From an uncultured Rhizobiaceae bacterium (lineage in GTDB: Bacteria > Pseudomonadota > Alphaproteobacteria > Rickettsiales > UBA1997): 45,393 bases of DNA. Shown piece after piece: positions 28,739-38,966 of the stretch (within the stretch, counting starts at the first letter, position 1; the number at the start of each line of letters is the position of its first letter). The position numbers and the translations under genes are program-made. The DNA is taken from assembly GCA_964484785.1 (NCBI GenBank), contig CAZAFD010000004.1, positions 1 through 45,393 of the forward strand. Direction: 5' to 3'. The notes beneath the pieces were generated by a model. The model was not told the DNA's origin. It did no database searches and was given only the letters and a program-made list of their open reading frames with translations.

Positions 28739-29383
28739 ATGTTTATGACAAATAGGATAGTTGCAATTGACGGCTTAAGTGCTTCTGGAAAAGGAACTAT
28801 ATCAAAAAATATGGCAAAAATCTTAGGCATCCCATATCTTAATACAGGAGCATTATATAGAGCTGTAGGGTTAGGATTTAAAAAATCTAATTTTACTAGT
28901 TATGAAACCGCAGATAAAAATGAACTGTTGGAACAATTAAAATTAATAGACCTATTAGATTTAGATAATCCTGAGTTATTTACCGAAGAAACAGGATCTT
29001 TAGCATCAAGAGTGGCTAGCATACAGGAAGTACGCCAGTTTTTACTTAAATTTCAACGTGATTTTGCAAATAATAAAGACGGAGCAATCTTAGATGGAAG
29101 AGATATAGGAACCGTCATTTGTCCTCAAGCTAGCTATAAATTTTATATAACAGCACAATTAGAGGAACGTGCAAGGCGTAGGTACAATGAATTGCTACAA
29201 AAGGGTATATCGGTAAATTATCAAGATATAGAGGATATTTTAAGAGAAAGAGATTGGAGAGATCTACACCGACCAAATGCTCCGCTTATAAAAGCACAAG
29301 ATGCTATAGAGTTGGACACAACTAATCTAACTATAGAAGAAGCAAGTCAGAAAGCTTTGTCTTATATACATTTCAGTAATTAA
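28739..29383 (+). CDS. cmk: Cytidylate kinase
   Basis: AIDG.SASGKGT, TGALYRA, LDGRDIGTV..P, RD.RD..R..APL. Confidence 0.96.
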   Translation: MFMTNRIVAIDGLSASGKGTISKNMAKILGIPYLNTGALYRAVGLGFKKSNFTSYETADKNELLEQLKLIDLLDLDNPELFTEETGSLASRVASIQEVRQFLLKFQRDFANNKDGAILDGRDIGTVICPQASYKFYITAQLEERARRRYNELLQKGISVNYQDIEDILRERDWRDLHRPNAPLIKAQDAIELDTTNLTIEEASQKALSYIHFSN

Positions 29384-29506
29384 TTAATTGAAATTAAAAT
29401 TAATAAGACTAGTATCAAACAACAAAGGGCTAAGTAAACTAAAAATACAAGGGGTTTTTGGGAATTTTTAGTCCGATTTTTTATTAATTACCCTTATTAA
29501 AATAGT

Positions 29507-31225
29507 ATGAACGAAGATTTTTTAGAAGAATCCGAAATATTTGAGAAACTTTTGGACCAATACGTACAACAATGTGTAAAAGATAATACAATTGCAGATG
29601 GTATTATAGTAGGTATTGACAAAAAAACCGTCACAATTGACATTGGCGGAAAATCAACAGGTTATGTACCTTTATCAGAATTTGCCGGTGAAGAAATAAA
29701 TGTAGGAGACTCAACAGAGGTATTTATAGAAAGATTAGAAAATAAAAAAGGTGAGTTATTATTAAGCAGAGAAAACGCAAGAAAGTACAAGAGCTGGAAT
29801 CATCTTAAAGATTGTCTAAATGAAGGCAAAACAGTTGAAGGTAAAAATTTAGGTAAAGTAAAAGGAGGTTTTGCTGTAGATCTAGACGGAGTGACAGCAT
29901 TCTTACCAAAAAGTCAAGTGGAAACCAGTACTCTAGCCGATATAGATAGTTTTGTTGGAAAAGTTGAACCATACATGGTACTCAAGATCGATGATGTCCG
30001 TGGTAATGTTGTTGTTTCAAGAAGGGCGATACTAGAAGATCAAAGGGCCAAAGAAAGAGAAGAAATACTATCTAATATAAAAGTTGGCGATATCCTCCAC
30101 GGTATGGTTAAAAACTTAACAGATTATGGTGCCTTTATAGACTTTGGCAGTTTTGACGGACTATTACACTTAACAGATATATCTTGGTGTAGGGTACGAC
30201 ATCCGTCTGAGGTTTTAAAAATTGGCCAGACAGTAGAAGTACAAGTTATCAAATTTGATGAAGAAACTAAAAAAGTTTCTTTGGGTATGAAACAACTCCA
30301 AGATAATCCTTGGGAAACAATAGAGACAAAATATCCTGTAAATAGCATCGCAAAAGGTCATGTAACAAATATAGCTCAGTACGGTGTGTTTGTTGAAATC
30401 GACAATGGTATTGAAGGTTTAGTACATGTATCTGAAATGAGCTGGTTGAAGAATAATATCTCTCCATCTAAATTCTTAAGTTTAGGTCAAGAAGTAGATG
30501 TTATGATTCTTGATATTGACGCAGAACATCACCGAATATCTTTAGGTATTAAGCAGTGTAAAAAGAACCCATGGGAAGAATTCTCCAATACACATAAAGT
30601 AGGAGACACTTTAGATGGTACCATTAAAAATATAACTGATTTTGGTCTATTCGTTGAATTCCCTAGTGGTATAGATGGATTGGTTCATATTTCTGATATA
30701 GCTTGGACAGAAGAAGAAGCTAAGGAAATGTTGAAACAGTATAAGAAAAATGACGCTATTAAGGTACTCTTACTTGGCAGCAACGCTGAACAAGAAAGAA
30801 TCTCTTTAGGATTAAAACAGTTATCTATTGACAACTTTAAAGAAAAAGTTCAGGAACTTACTAAGGGCAAAGAAATGTCCTGTGTTATAAAGACCATTAG
30901 AAAGGACTTCTTAGAAGTAGAAATAGAACTAGGTTTAAAAGGTATTATTAAGAGAGTAGATTTATCGCAAGATAAAAAAGACCAAAAAACCGACAAGTTT
31001 AATGTTAATGACAAACTTGATGGAGCAGTTGTGTCATTCAACAATGGAACAGGTAAATTAGTTCTAACACTAAGAAATGTGGAAGATAGCGAAAAATCAT
31101 TAAGTGAAGATGATGAAGATGATTTTGATATAGAACAATATTTAATTAGTGATACTAGAACTACTTTAGGAACTATTTTAGCTAATGCCTTAGAAGAAGC
31201 TAAAAATAACCAAAAAAACAAGTAA
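29507..31225 (+). CDS. rpsA: 30S ribosomal protein S1
   Basis: Six S1 repeats (DYGAFID, DGLLH.TD.SW, EGLVHVSEMSW, RISLG.KQ); canonical cmk-rpsA order. Confidence 0.97.
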   Translation: MNEDFLEESEIFEKLLDQYVQQCVKDNTIADGIIVGIDKKTVTIDIGGKSTGYVPLSEFAGEEINVGDSTEVFIERLENKKGELLLSRENARKYKSWNHLKDCLNEGKTVEGKNLGKVKGGFAVDLDGVTAFLPKSQVETSTLADIDSFVGKVEPYMVLKIDDVRGNVVVSRRAILEDQRAKEREEILSNIKVGDILHGMVKNLTDYGAFIDFGSFDGLLHLTDISWCRVRHPSEVLKIGQTVEVQVIKFDEETKKVSLGMKQLQDNPWETIETKYPVNSIAKGHVTNIAQYGVFVEIDNGIEGLVHVSEMSWLKNNISPSKFLSLGQEVDVMILDIDAEHHRISLGIKQCKKNPWEEFSNTHKVGDTLDGTIKNITDFGLFVEFPSGIDGLVHISDIAWTEEEAKEMLKQYKKNDAIKVLLLGSNAEQERISLGLKQLSIDNFKEKVQELTKGKEMSCVIKTIRKDFLEVEIELGLKGIIKRVDLSQDKKDQKTDKFNVNDKLDGAVVSFNNGTGKLVLTLRNVEDSEKSLSEDDEDDFDIEQYLISDTRTTLGTILANALEEAKNNQKNK

Positions 31226-31231
31226 TATTCA

Positions 31232-31256
31232 GCACAGCTCTAATCCGGAGCTGTGT
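31232..31256 (+). terminator. Hairpin between rpsA and tRNA-Arg
   Basis: GCACAGCTC-taatccg-GAGCTGTGT followed by ctatttt. Confidence 0.55.
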
Positions 31257-31265
31257 CTATTTTAG

Positions 31266-31342
31266 GTCCTTGTAGCTCAGCAGGATAGAGCGACAGCCTC
31301 CTAAGCTGTAGGTCAGCAGTTCGAATCTGCTCAAGGACGCCA
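31266..31342 (+). tRNA. tRNA-Arg (anticodon CCT)
   Basis: Acceptor GTCCTTG/CAAGGAC, D arm GCTC..GAGC, anticodon arm ACAGC-ctCCTaa-GCTGT, T loop TTCGAAT, encoded CCA. Confidence 0.95.
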
Positions 31343-31368
31343 TTTGATTTCTTTTTTAAAAACAGATT

Positions 31369-31896
31369 TTATATAACTAAACCTTCAAGATTTAGGAGTT
31401 TTGCCTTTATGTCTACACCTGCAAAGTATCCAGTTAGATTACCATTAGCTCCAATAACTCTGTGACATGGAATAATAATAGAAATAGGATTACGGCCGAC
31501 AGCTCTACCAACTGCTTGTGCCGCAAATATTTTTTGCCCCTTTTCTTCCCGAGTCATCATTTTAGCAATATCGCCGTATGTTAGTGTTTGTCCATAGGGA
31601 ATTGTACATAGAATCCTCCAAACTCTCAACATAAAATCACTTCCGTTTGGTGCTAGAGACATTTTAGAAACCTGAGGTTTACAACCACAAAAATAATTGT
31701 CTAACCAAACTTTGGTTTTATAAAAGATCTTATGATCATCATTTTGTATAATATTAACGCCATCAGGAAGATCTAAAAAATATCTTTGTCCTTGAATCCA
31801 TAATCCTACAAGATCCTCATCGTCGTTACAAGCCAAAGTCAGTCTTCCTATTGGTGATAAATATTCACTTGTAAAATAATGCTTACAACTTTGCAT
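31369..31896 (-). CDS. ogt: Methylated-DNA--protein-cysteine methyltransferase
   Basis: SPIG.L, VW..L..IPYG.T.TYG, AVG.AVG.NP, PCHRV active site. Confidence 0.95.
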   Translation of the reverse strand: MQSCKHYFTSEYLSPIGRLTLACNDDEDLVGLWIQGQRYFLDLPDGVNIIQNDDHKIFYKTKVWLDNYFCGCKPQVSKMSLAPNGSDFMLRVWRILCTIPYGQTLTYGDIAKMMTREEKGQKIFAAQAVGRAVGRNPISIIIPCHRVIGANGNLTGYFAGVDIKAKLLNLEGLVI

Positions 31897-31964
31897 TTAA
31901 TTTAAGATATTACAATTAAGATCGCTTGTTTAGATAATTTGTATGACCTTGTCTTATATAATTA

Positions 31965-31996
31965 AAAATGCCTCAAGCTATTTTCTGAGGCATTTT
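31965..31996 (-). terminator. Intrinsic terminator after rpsU
   Basis: AAAATGCCTCA...TGAGGCATTTT inverted repeat directly after the rpsU stop, with a T-tract on the minus strand. Confidence 0.75.
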
Positions 31997-31999
31997 ATA

Positions 32000-32185
32000 C
32001 TATCTTCTTTTTCTTTTGATCCTACTCAAACTTTCTTCTCTTTTGAGCTTCTTAGCCTCTGAAGGCTTCAAATATTCCTTTCTCCTTTTAGCTTCCTTGA
32101 TAATACCTTCCTTCTGGCCTTTCTTCCTAAAAATCTTTATTGCCATATCAAGTCTACTTTGATCCGGAACTGCTACTGATACCAT
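32000..32185 (-). CDS. rpsU: 30S ribosomal protein S21
   Basis: 61 aa, basic: AIK.FR.K...EGII.E.K.R..Y.KPSE. Confidence 0.92.
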   Translation of the reverse strand: MVSVAVPDQSRLDMAIKIFRKKGQKEGIIKEAKRRKEYLKPSEAKKLKREESLSRIKRKRR

Positions 32186-32244
32186 TCTTTCTTTACCACC
32201 TTTAAATCGATAAATTATTAAACTTCTATTTAATTCAATCTTGT

Positions 32245-32775
32245 CTACTTATTTTCTGAAAAAAAGTCAACACTTTTGATATCATTTATCAGTGTTGTTG
32301 CAATAACACCAGTTCTTGAGATTTCTATTTGCTTAGTAAATAGACAGAGTTTCTTAACAAGATCATCAATTCTATCTGTATCATCTATAAATTGGTATAT
32401 AGCCACTTCTTCATTAATAAAAGTCATTCTACCATCAAAAGTCTCAATTACGTTTTGTAAATTATTCATTTCTGGGTTAGAATTTGCTATCTTTATCAGA
32501 CAGACCTCTCTTTCAATATACTTATCGTCAGAAGAAAAATTTAAAATAGCTTGAACCGTTGGCAAAGGCCTTATGTTTTTTTCCAAAATATCATTCACTA
32601 ATTTTCGGTCTCCAGTAATGTAAAACATAATCTTGGTAAACTCACCGCCTATATCAATATATGAAGCTACTAATTTCTCTATATTTAATTTACAATCGCC
32701 CATTACCTTAGATATATCTGCTAACACACCTGGTGTATTTTTCACAATAATGGACACTAAACTTTTCTGATCCAT
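32245..32775 (-). CDS. ilvH: Acetolactate synthase small (regulatory) subunit-like ACT protein
   Basis: N-terminal ACT (N.PGVL..I...NIE.L), 'IEREVCLIKI', C-terminal 'EISRTG..A'. Confidence 0.75.
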   Translation of the reverse strand: MDQKSLVSIIVKNTPGVLADISKVMGDCKLNIEKLVASYIDIGGEFTKIMFYITGDRKLVNDILEKNIRPLPTVQAILNFSSDDKYIEREVCLIKIANSNPEMNNLQNVIETFDGRMTFINEEVAIYQFIDDTDRIDDLVKKLCLFTKQIEISRTGVIATTLINDIKSVDFFSENK

Positions 32776-32829
32776 AAAATTAACCTTTTTAAATCCTAAA
32801 TAAAGTTTACAAGAAAAATCCGATTAAAA

Positions 32830-34650
32830 TCAACTATTATTTCTTGACTCTTTTTTTAAGTGTTCCTTAACTGAAGGTGATAAATCTAGATTTAACTCTT
32901 GTAGTTGTTCTTTTGTTAGATAAGCAGGAGCATCCATCATCAAATCTACGCCCTTACCATTAGTTGGAAAAGCAGTAACCTCTCGCAAATTATTTTCGTC
33001 ACACAACAACATTAACATTCTCTCAATACCAGCAGCACAACCAATGTGTGGCGGAGCTCCAAATTTGAAAGCTGTAATCATACCACCAAACTTTGTATCA
33101 ACCTCATTTTTAGAGTATCCAGCTATTTCAAAGGCCTTGTACATAATTTCTGGGTTATGGTTTCTTACAGCACCACTAGCTAACTCAAAACCATTACATG
33201 CTATATCAAACTGATGTGCTAAAATGTCGTATGGGTTCTTTGTATTTACAAGAGCATCTAGACCACCCTGCGGCATAGAAAATGGATTATGGCCAAAATC
33301 AATTTTTCCAGTTTCTTCGTTAAGCTCATACATTGGAAAATCAACAATCCAACAAAACTTATATTCTTTTTTATCTATCAAATCTAGTTCTGTGCCTAAC
33401 TTAGTACGAATTTTACCGGATAACTTGGAAGCTATATCTTCTGCGTCACAACAAAAGAAAACTGTATCACCATTACTTAATCTTGCTGTATGTTTAATTT
33501 GATCCAACTGTTCTTTATTTAAGAATTTAGCTACAGGACCTTTAGCCTCACCATTAGCCGTCCATGTTATATACCCCAAACCCTTAGCACCCTCTTCTAT
33601 GGCAAAGGCCACTATTTTGTCAAAAAAACTTCTAGGTTTTTCACTGGTTGATGGGCCAGGAATAGCTCTAACTACGACATTACTATCGTTTTGTATAGCC
33701 TGAGCAAAAACTGTAAAATTAGAATTTTTAAATAGTTCTGTGACATCACAAATTTCAATTGGATTTCTCAAATCTGGTTTATCCGTGCCATATTTAAGCA
33801 TAGCTTCATTAAATTTTATCTTTGGGAATGGAAGATCTGAAACTTTACAATCAGGTCTAAATTTTGCAAACGTATTGTACAAAACAGGTTCCATTATCTC
33901 TCGTACATCTTCAAAGGTAGCAAAGCTCATCTCCATATCTAATTGATAAAAATATAAGGCCCTGTCAGCTCTAGTACCTTCATCTCTAAAGCATGGGGCT
34001 ATCTGGAAATATTTATCAAAACCACTAACCATTAACAATTGTTTAAACTGTTGTGGTGCTTGAGGTAAGGCATAGAACTTACCAGGATGTACTCTACTTG
34101 GAACTACAAAATCCCTAGCCCCTTCTGGGGAAGAAGCAGTAAGTATAGGGGTGTGAAACTCTAAAAAATCAAAGCGTTTCATTTCCTCCCTCAAAAAATC
34201 AATAACTTTTGATCTGAGTTGTATGTTTTTATGTATTTTTTGTCTTCTCAAATCTAAGTATCTGTATTTTAATCTTAAATCTTCTGGATAGTTTTGCGTA
34301 TCATCATTAATTTGAAATGGTAATTGTTCTGCTTGGCTTTCTATTTCAATATTGGAAATATCAACCTCTATCTCTCCTGTCGTTAAGTTCTCATTAACAG
34401 TATTTTCTCGTCTATTTACAACAGTACCCTCTATAAAAATAACCGATTCCAACTTAAGTGTACTGGCAAGAGTTAATATCTTATTATTAGCATTATTGTC
34501 AATAACACATTGTGTGATACCATAATTATCTCTCAAGTCTATAAATAATAAACCACCATGGTCTCTAATTGAGTGAATCCAGCCACCCAACTTAACCTTT
34601 TTACCTACGTCTTGTCTTGTTAACTCACCGCATGTATGTGTTCTTAACAT
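32830..34650 (-). CDS. aspS: Aspartate--tRNA ligase (probably non-discriminating)
   Basis: [49 protein letters not shown]. Confidence 0.97.
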   Translation of the reverse strand: MLRTHTCGELTRQDVGKKVKLGGWIHSIRDHGGLLFIDLRDNYGITQCVIDNNANNKILTLASTLKLESVIFIEGTVVNRRENTVNENLTTGEIEVDISNIEIESQAEQLPFQINDDTQNYPEDLRLKYRYLDLRRQKIHKNIQLRSKVIDFLREEMKRFDFLEFHTPILTASSPEGARDFVVPSRVHPGKFYALPQAPQQFKQLLMVSGFDKYFQIAPCFRDEGTRADRALYFYQLDMEMSFATFEDVREIMEPVLYNTFAKFRPDCKVSDLPFPKIKFNEAMLKYGTDKPDLRNPIEICDVTELFKNSNFTVFAQAIQNDSNVVVRAIPGPSTSEKPRSFFDKIVAFAIEEGAKGLGYITWTANGEAKGPVAKFLNKEQLDQIKHTARLSNGDTVFFCCDAEDIASKLSGKIRTKLGTELDLIDKKEYKFCWIVDFPMYELNEETGKIDFGHNPFSMPQGGLDALVNTKNPYDILAHQFDIACNGFELASGAVRNHNPEIMYKAFEIAGYSKNEVDTKFGGMITAFKFGAPPHIGCAAGIERMLMLLCDENNLREVTAFPTNGKGVDLMMDAPAYLTKEQLQELNLDLSPSVKEHLKKESRNNS

Positions 34651-34692
34651 TTTAAATTACCTATTTTAATAAATTAATAATAAATGCTTATA

Positions 34693-35274
34693 TTAAATTG
34701 TTCTCATTATACCGCTTGTTCGTACACTATTATGTACATAGTTGTTTAATAAGTCATACAGTTCTCTACCCTTTGCTTTTGTTAATCCCTCTATATTAAT
34801 TATAGGCTCAGAAACGTCTGTTGTAATTATTTTAATAGTACAAACTCCAAAACTTGTTTGACTAAAGGTTTGCGTTAATTGTATATCAACAATACGCCAT
34901 AATTCTAAATTGGCAACTTTCTTACTAAAAACGCCTGATTCCATAGTTAACCTTTGCTGACTAATTATATAACGAGTATGCTTCGCATATAATCTGAGCT
35001 GCATCAACTTGAATAAACTTATAAATACCATTATAGTACCTAATAAACAATAATATTGGGGTGGAATCATATCTAGACTATATCTACGGTAGTGATATTT
35101 ATATAGCGGTATAGTCCTAGGCGCAAAAAATACAAATACCCCTAATAAAATCATAGAAATTCGAGGCATCCATTTGTCTTTCATATCTAGCATCTTGGGT
35201 TGGACTATAATTGGTTTAACAACTTGTTCGTTGCCGGTCATAGCATGATTGTCATTAATACTATTGTCTACCAT
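34693..35274 (-). CDS. Membrane protein with bacterial PH (bPH_2/YdbS-like) domain
   Basis: Two TM helices, then Y.I...RL....G.FS......EL.RI.D....Q......G..TI.I.T.D. Confidence 0.75.
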   Translation of the reverse strand: MVDNSINDNHAMTGNEQVVKPIIVQPKMLDMKDKWMPRISMILLGVFVFFAPRTIPLYKYHYRRYSLDMIPPQYYCLLGTIMVFISLFKLMQLRLYAKHTRYIISQQRLTMESGVFSKKVANLELWRIVDIQLTQTFSQTSFGVCTIKIITTDVSEPIINIEGLTKAKGRELYDLLNNYVHNSVRTSGIMRTI

Positions 35275-35283
35275 AATATTTGC

Positions 35284-35823
35284 TTAATTATTAGTATTTA
35301 ATTCGCTGATCACAGCATTAAATTGTGATTGACTACACAAACCTAACAAAACAGGGTCTCTAGGCTTTATATCCTTAATATTCCAACGTGTTTTATTCCT
35401 AATAGATTCTATCATAGGAGTTGTAGTATTAACTAACTTTCTAATTTGTAAATTGGTTATATCTGGATAATATTTTAGTAGGAAAGCTATACCATCTGGT
35501 TTATCACCTCTTCTTGCTAAAGGCACATATGTTGTATTCTTTCTAGTTTTTTTGACCTCTATAGTCTCGGCAATGCTGTCATTTAAAACTAAAGATTGCT
35601 CAGGATCTGCTTCGCACATTTGTAAATTTTCCTTAGTTAATTGACCAGCATCAATAGGATTTCTGCCTATTATACCAGCAGCTACATCACCATCAGCCAT
35701 ACCTTGCACTTCTAGTTCATGTAAACCACAAAAATCTGCTATTTGCTTAAAGGTCAAGACTGTATTATCTATTAACCATATAGCAGTCGCTTTTGGCATT
35801 AATGGCAATTTTTTATTACTCAT
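35284..35823 (-). CDS. trcR: Cell-cycle transcriptional regulator TrcR (DUF1013)
   Basis: PLMPKATA.WLIDNT.LTF.QIADFCGLH.LEV, DPVLLGLCSQ. Confidence 0.92.
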   Translation of the reverse strand: MSNKKLPLMPKATAIWLIDNTVLTFKQIADFCGLHELEVQGMADGDVAAGIIGRNPIDAGQLTKENLQMCEADPEQSLVLNDSIAETIEVKKTRKNTTYVPLARRGDKPDGIAFLLKYYPDITNLQIRKLVNTTTPMIESIRNKTRWNIKDIKPRDPVLLGLCSQSQFNAVISELNTNN

Positions 35824-35966
35824 AATTTCCTCTTTATTACAATAAAAGACCTAATGCACATTTCTATTTAAGATAAGTCTACACAATTACCCCATCTTAA
35901 ATTTACAAAACATATATAAAAATTACTAGGTTTTATGTTAGATATATTAAAATCTAAGTCAACAAG

Positions 35967-36725
35967 TTATTGTCTCTCCGCTAATAACTTGCTTTCAGTT
36001 TCTATTGTTTTAGCTAAATATTCAACAGCCTGCACCTTGCTCAAGTTCGCAATTTCTTCATACTTTATTATTGGCAAGATCTTTAGTGTCACTTCACCAG
36101 GTGTTTTTATAAATTTACCTTTAGGCCAAAAACAACCAGTATTAAGCGCAATTGGTACAATATCAGCTTTTAAAGCTTTTATAATAGCAAAAAAACCAAT
36201 TTTGTAAGGGTATTCTTCCATACTGCTATCAACTGGCACCCTAGTGCCCTGAGGAAAAATGATAATTTCTCTATTTTTATTATTTAAAGCCTCATTGGCT
36301 TCTTTCACAACCTGCTTTATACTTGTTCCCTTGGCTTCCCTATCTATTGCTATTTGTCCAGTATGCTTTAAAGACCAACCAAAAAATGGAATTTTTAATA
36401 ATTCTTTTTTTAAAATAAAAGAAACATCTTTTCTAAAAAAATAGAATAAAAAATATGTTTCCCAAGTCGATTCATGTTTACTAGCTATGATATATTTAGT
36501 ACCATTCCGTGGTAAATTTTCTAGACCTACTACCTTATAATTCACGCCACAAAGTACCTTTAGTAAAAAAACTATAGTAGCAGCCCAAATTCTTCCTATC
36601 TTAGTACAAATGGTTTGATTATCAAAAATAATTGGCAAAATTAGGATAGTAAATAAGATTATACTAGATAAACAAAATAATATAGAAAAAATTAAGGATC
36701 TACAAAATAAAATAATTTTTTTCAT
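35967..36725 (-). CDS. plsC: 1-acyl-sn-glycerol-3-phosphate acyltransferase
   Basis: ASKHES.WET, K.ELL.IPFFGW, IDR, IFPQGTR, PIALN.G. Confidence 0.9.
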   Translation of the reverse strand: MKKIILFCRSLIFSILFCLSSIILFTILILPIIFDNQTICTKIGRIWAATIVFLLKVLCGVNYKVVGLENLPRNGTKYIIASKHESTWETYFLFYFFRKDVSFILKKELLKIPFFGWSLKHTGQIAIDREAKGTSIKQVVKEANEALNNKNREIIIFPQGTRVPVDSSMEEYPYKIGFFAIIKALKADIVPIALNTGCFWPKGKFIKTPGEVTLKILPIIKYEEIANLSKVQAVEYLAKTIETESKLLAERQ

Positions 36726-36837
36726 GAAAACTTAGTAGGTATTTATTCAAGTAAATACTTTTAAATTGAATTTTACATTTTGCAATATATACTCAAACAT
36801 ATGTTTATACTAACAGACTGATTTGTATTCATTCGAA

Positions 36838-37911
36838 ATGAAAAAATTACACTATATATACACAATTTTATTGGTGCTATTTGTAACAAGTGCTTATGCG
36901 AAAGATAAACGCTATATAATAGAAAACGTAAAGGTTGAAGCATTAGCAGAAAATGCTGCTAAAGCAAAAGATTTAGCTATGCATGAAGGAGAAAGACAGG
37001 CACTAAATTTATTATTTGACAATTTGGAAATCAGTAGAATTAATACACAGTTTATTGACGATGAAGTCTTAGCGCAAATATTAGAATCTATACAAATAAA
37101 AAATGAAGTACTAAGTGATGTAAAATATTCAGGTCTTGTTACAATCAGTTTTAATAAAGATTTTGTTAATTTTAACTTAGAGAAGCTAGGTATTGGTAAA
37201 AATAAAACACTAGAGCCAAAATACTTGTATATACCGGTGTTAAAAAAAGATAATGAATATCATATTTTAGCTAATAACATTTGGAGAGAAAAAATTTTAG
37301 AACAATTCAACAATGTACGTCTCAATAATATGGTAATGTTGGACGCTAATCCATTAAACGAAATAATATTCGATAATATCGATACACAAAACATAAAGTA
37401 CAACGAATTTGTTGAAGTTTTAGATGCACACAAGGCAAATATTTTACTTTTTGCTATCTGTGAGTATATACCAGAATATAAAAATATTCAGATTACTTTT
37501 AGAAAGATTAGTCCTGCTGATTCTGAAGAGACCCAGGTAACAATTTTTAACGAAAACAATCTAGAATATGAAGATTTTATGTCTCTAGCCGTAGCAAAAA
37601 ACTTAAATTATCTAAGTAAATATTTTAAACCATTAGCAAATATTCAAGAGATGGAAAAGGAAAAAGACGAATTTATAGTGTATACAGTATATAACGGCTT
37701 AGAAGAGTATTTATTTTTAAAAAATATCCTTGGAAATTTAAATTTTATTAAAAAAGTTCAGTTGGATTATTTAACTCTTACAGAAGCTAGATTTAGACTT
37801 CAAATAAATGTAGATTTAAACAAAGTGTTTGGACTGTTTAAACAAAATGGTTTATTGTTACATTTTAAAAATAATCAATATTATCTAATATATGTAGGCT
37901 TGAGGGAATGA
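36838..37911 (+). CDS. Exported protein, DUF2066-like
   Basis: Signal peptide (AYA), 'V.V.A.AENA..AK..A...G.R.A..L', 'I..E......Y.G...I.F'; adjacent to an AI-2E transporter gene. Confidence 0.6.
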   Translation: MKKLHYIYTILLVLFVTSAYAKDKRYIIENVKVEALAENAAKAKDLAMHEGERQALNLLFDNLEISRINTQFIDDEVLAQILESIQIKNEVLSDVKYSGLVTISFNKDFVNFNLEKLGIGKNKTLEPKYLYIPVLKKDNEYHILANNIWREKILEQFNNVRLNNMVMLDANPLNEIIFDNIDTQNIKYNEFVEVLDAHKANILLFAICEYIPEYKNIQITFRKISPADSEETQVTIFNENNLEYEDFMSLAVAKNLNYLSKYFKPLANIQEMEKEKDEFIVYTVYNGLEEYLFLKNILGNLNFIKKVQLDYLTLTEARFRLQINVDLNKVFGLFKQNGLLLHFKNNQYYLIYVGLRE

Positions 37912-38966
37912 TTCTCCAAGAAAAAAGAAATTTAACATTTTATCTATTATTAGCAGGCACTTTACTCTTCTTGTTTTTAGTAAGAGGTATTCTTTGGCCA
38001 TTCGTTTTTGGTATAATTTTGGCTTTTATATCGAAAAACATATTGAGATCTGCTGAAAGAAGAGGTTACAATAGAAAAATATTAGCCCTTCTTCTAACAA
38101 CCGCATATTTTATAATAATATTTCTGTTAGTCTTTCTAGTTTTACCACTAGGTGTTAAACAGGTGGTTAATTTAATCAAGGAATTAATGCAATATGTGGA
38201 TAATAAGGATTTTTTAGATGATTTAACAAGCCATTTAGTTAAATTTAAATTCTTTGGAATTAAAAACAATAATGATTTTATAGAAGGAGCTTCTAATCTT
38301 TCTCGTTATATCCTAAAATATCTAGGTAATATTTCTAATTACTTGTTAACTTACTCATTAAAATTAATAAATATTATCTCGATGCTATTTATTACTCCCA
38401 TAGCCACATATTATTTTTTAAGGGATTGGGAAGTTATTATTAAACAGATCAAGGCAAGTGTACCAAAGAACAATAAAAAATATGTTTTAAAACTATTTAA
38501 AAAAATAAATACTACATTGGAAGCTTATATTTGCGGACAAGCCCTTGTGTGCCTCATTCTTGGAATATATTATGCTGTGTTATTGTGGCTGTGCAATATT
38601 AAGTTCGGTTTTATTGTAGGAATAATAAGCGGTATAATTACATTTTTACCATATATAGGTCCGTTTAGCGGTGGTATAGTTGGCGTAATTATTACCTGCT
38701 ACCAATATAACTTTAATATACATAAGATTTTATTAGTAGTCTTAATTTATATATCTGGACAAGTTTTAGAGAGTAATTTTATCACACCAAAGCTTATAGG
38801 CAGTAAAGTTAAACTGCATCCATTATTTATTATATTTTCAATTTTATGCGGAGGCAGCCTGTTTGGTTTTACAGGGATGTTATTTGCTTTACCAGCAGCT
38901 GGTGTTATAGGCACAACAATAAGATATTTAACAAGGACAACAAGTACTAAGCATGTTAATGGATAA
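37908..38966 (+). CDS. AI-2E family (PerM-like) transporter
   Basis: Multi-TM; YFLRDW, YI.GQ, FLPYIG, LESN.ITPKLIG..V.LHP, GMLFALP. Confidence 0.92.
   Translation: MILQEKRNLTFYLLLAGTLLFLFLVRGILWPFVFGIILAFISKNILRSAERRGYNRKILALLLTTAYFIIIFLLVFLVLPLGVKQVVNLIKELMQYVDNKDFLDDLTSHLVKFKFFGIKNNNDFIEGASNLSRYILKYLGNISNYLLTYSLKLINIISMLFITPIATYYFLRDWEVIIKQIKASVPKNNKKYVLKLFKKINTTLEAYICGQALVCLILGIYYAVLLWLCNIKFGFIVGIISGIITFLPYIGPFSGGIVGVIITCYQYNFNIHKILLVVLIYISGQVLESNFITPKLIGSKVKLHPLFIIFSILCGGSLFGFTGMLFALPAAGVIGTTIRYLTRTTSTKHVNG

Noticed and set aside
31342-31999. Integrated island at tRNA-Arg
   Set aside because: No integrase and no duplicated tRNA 3' end were seen.
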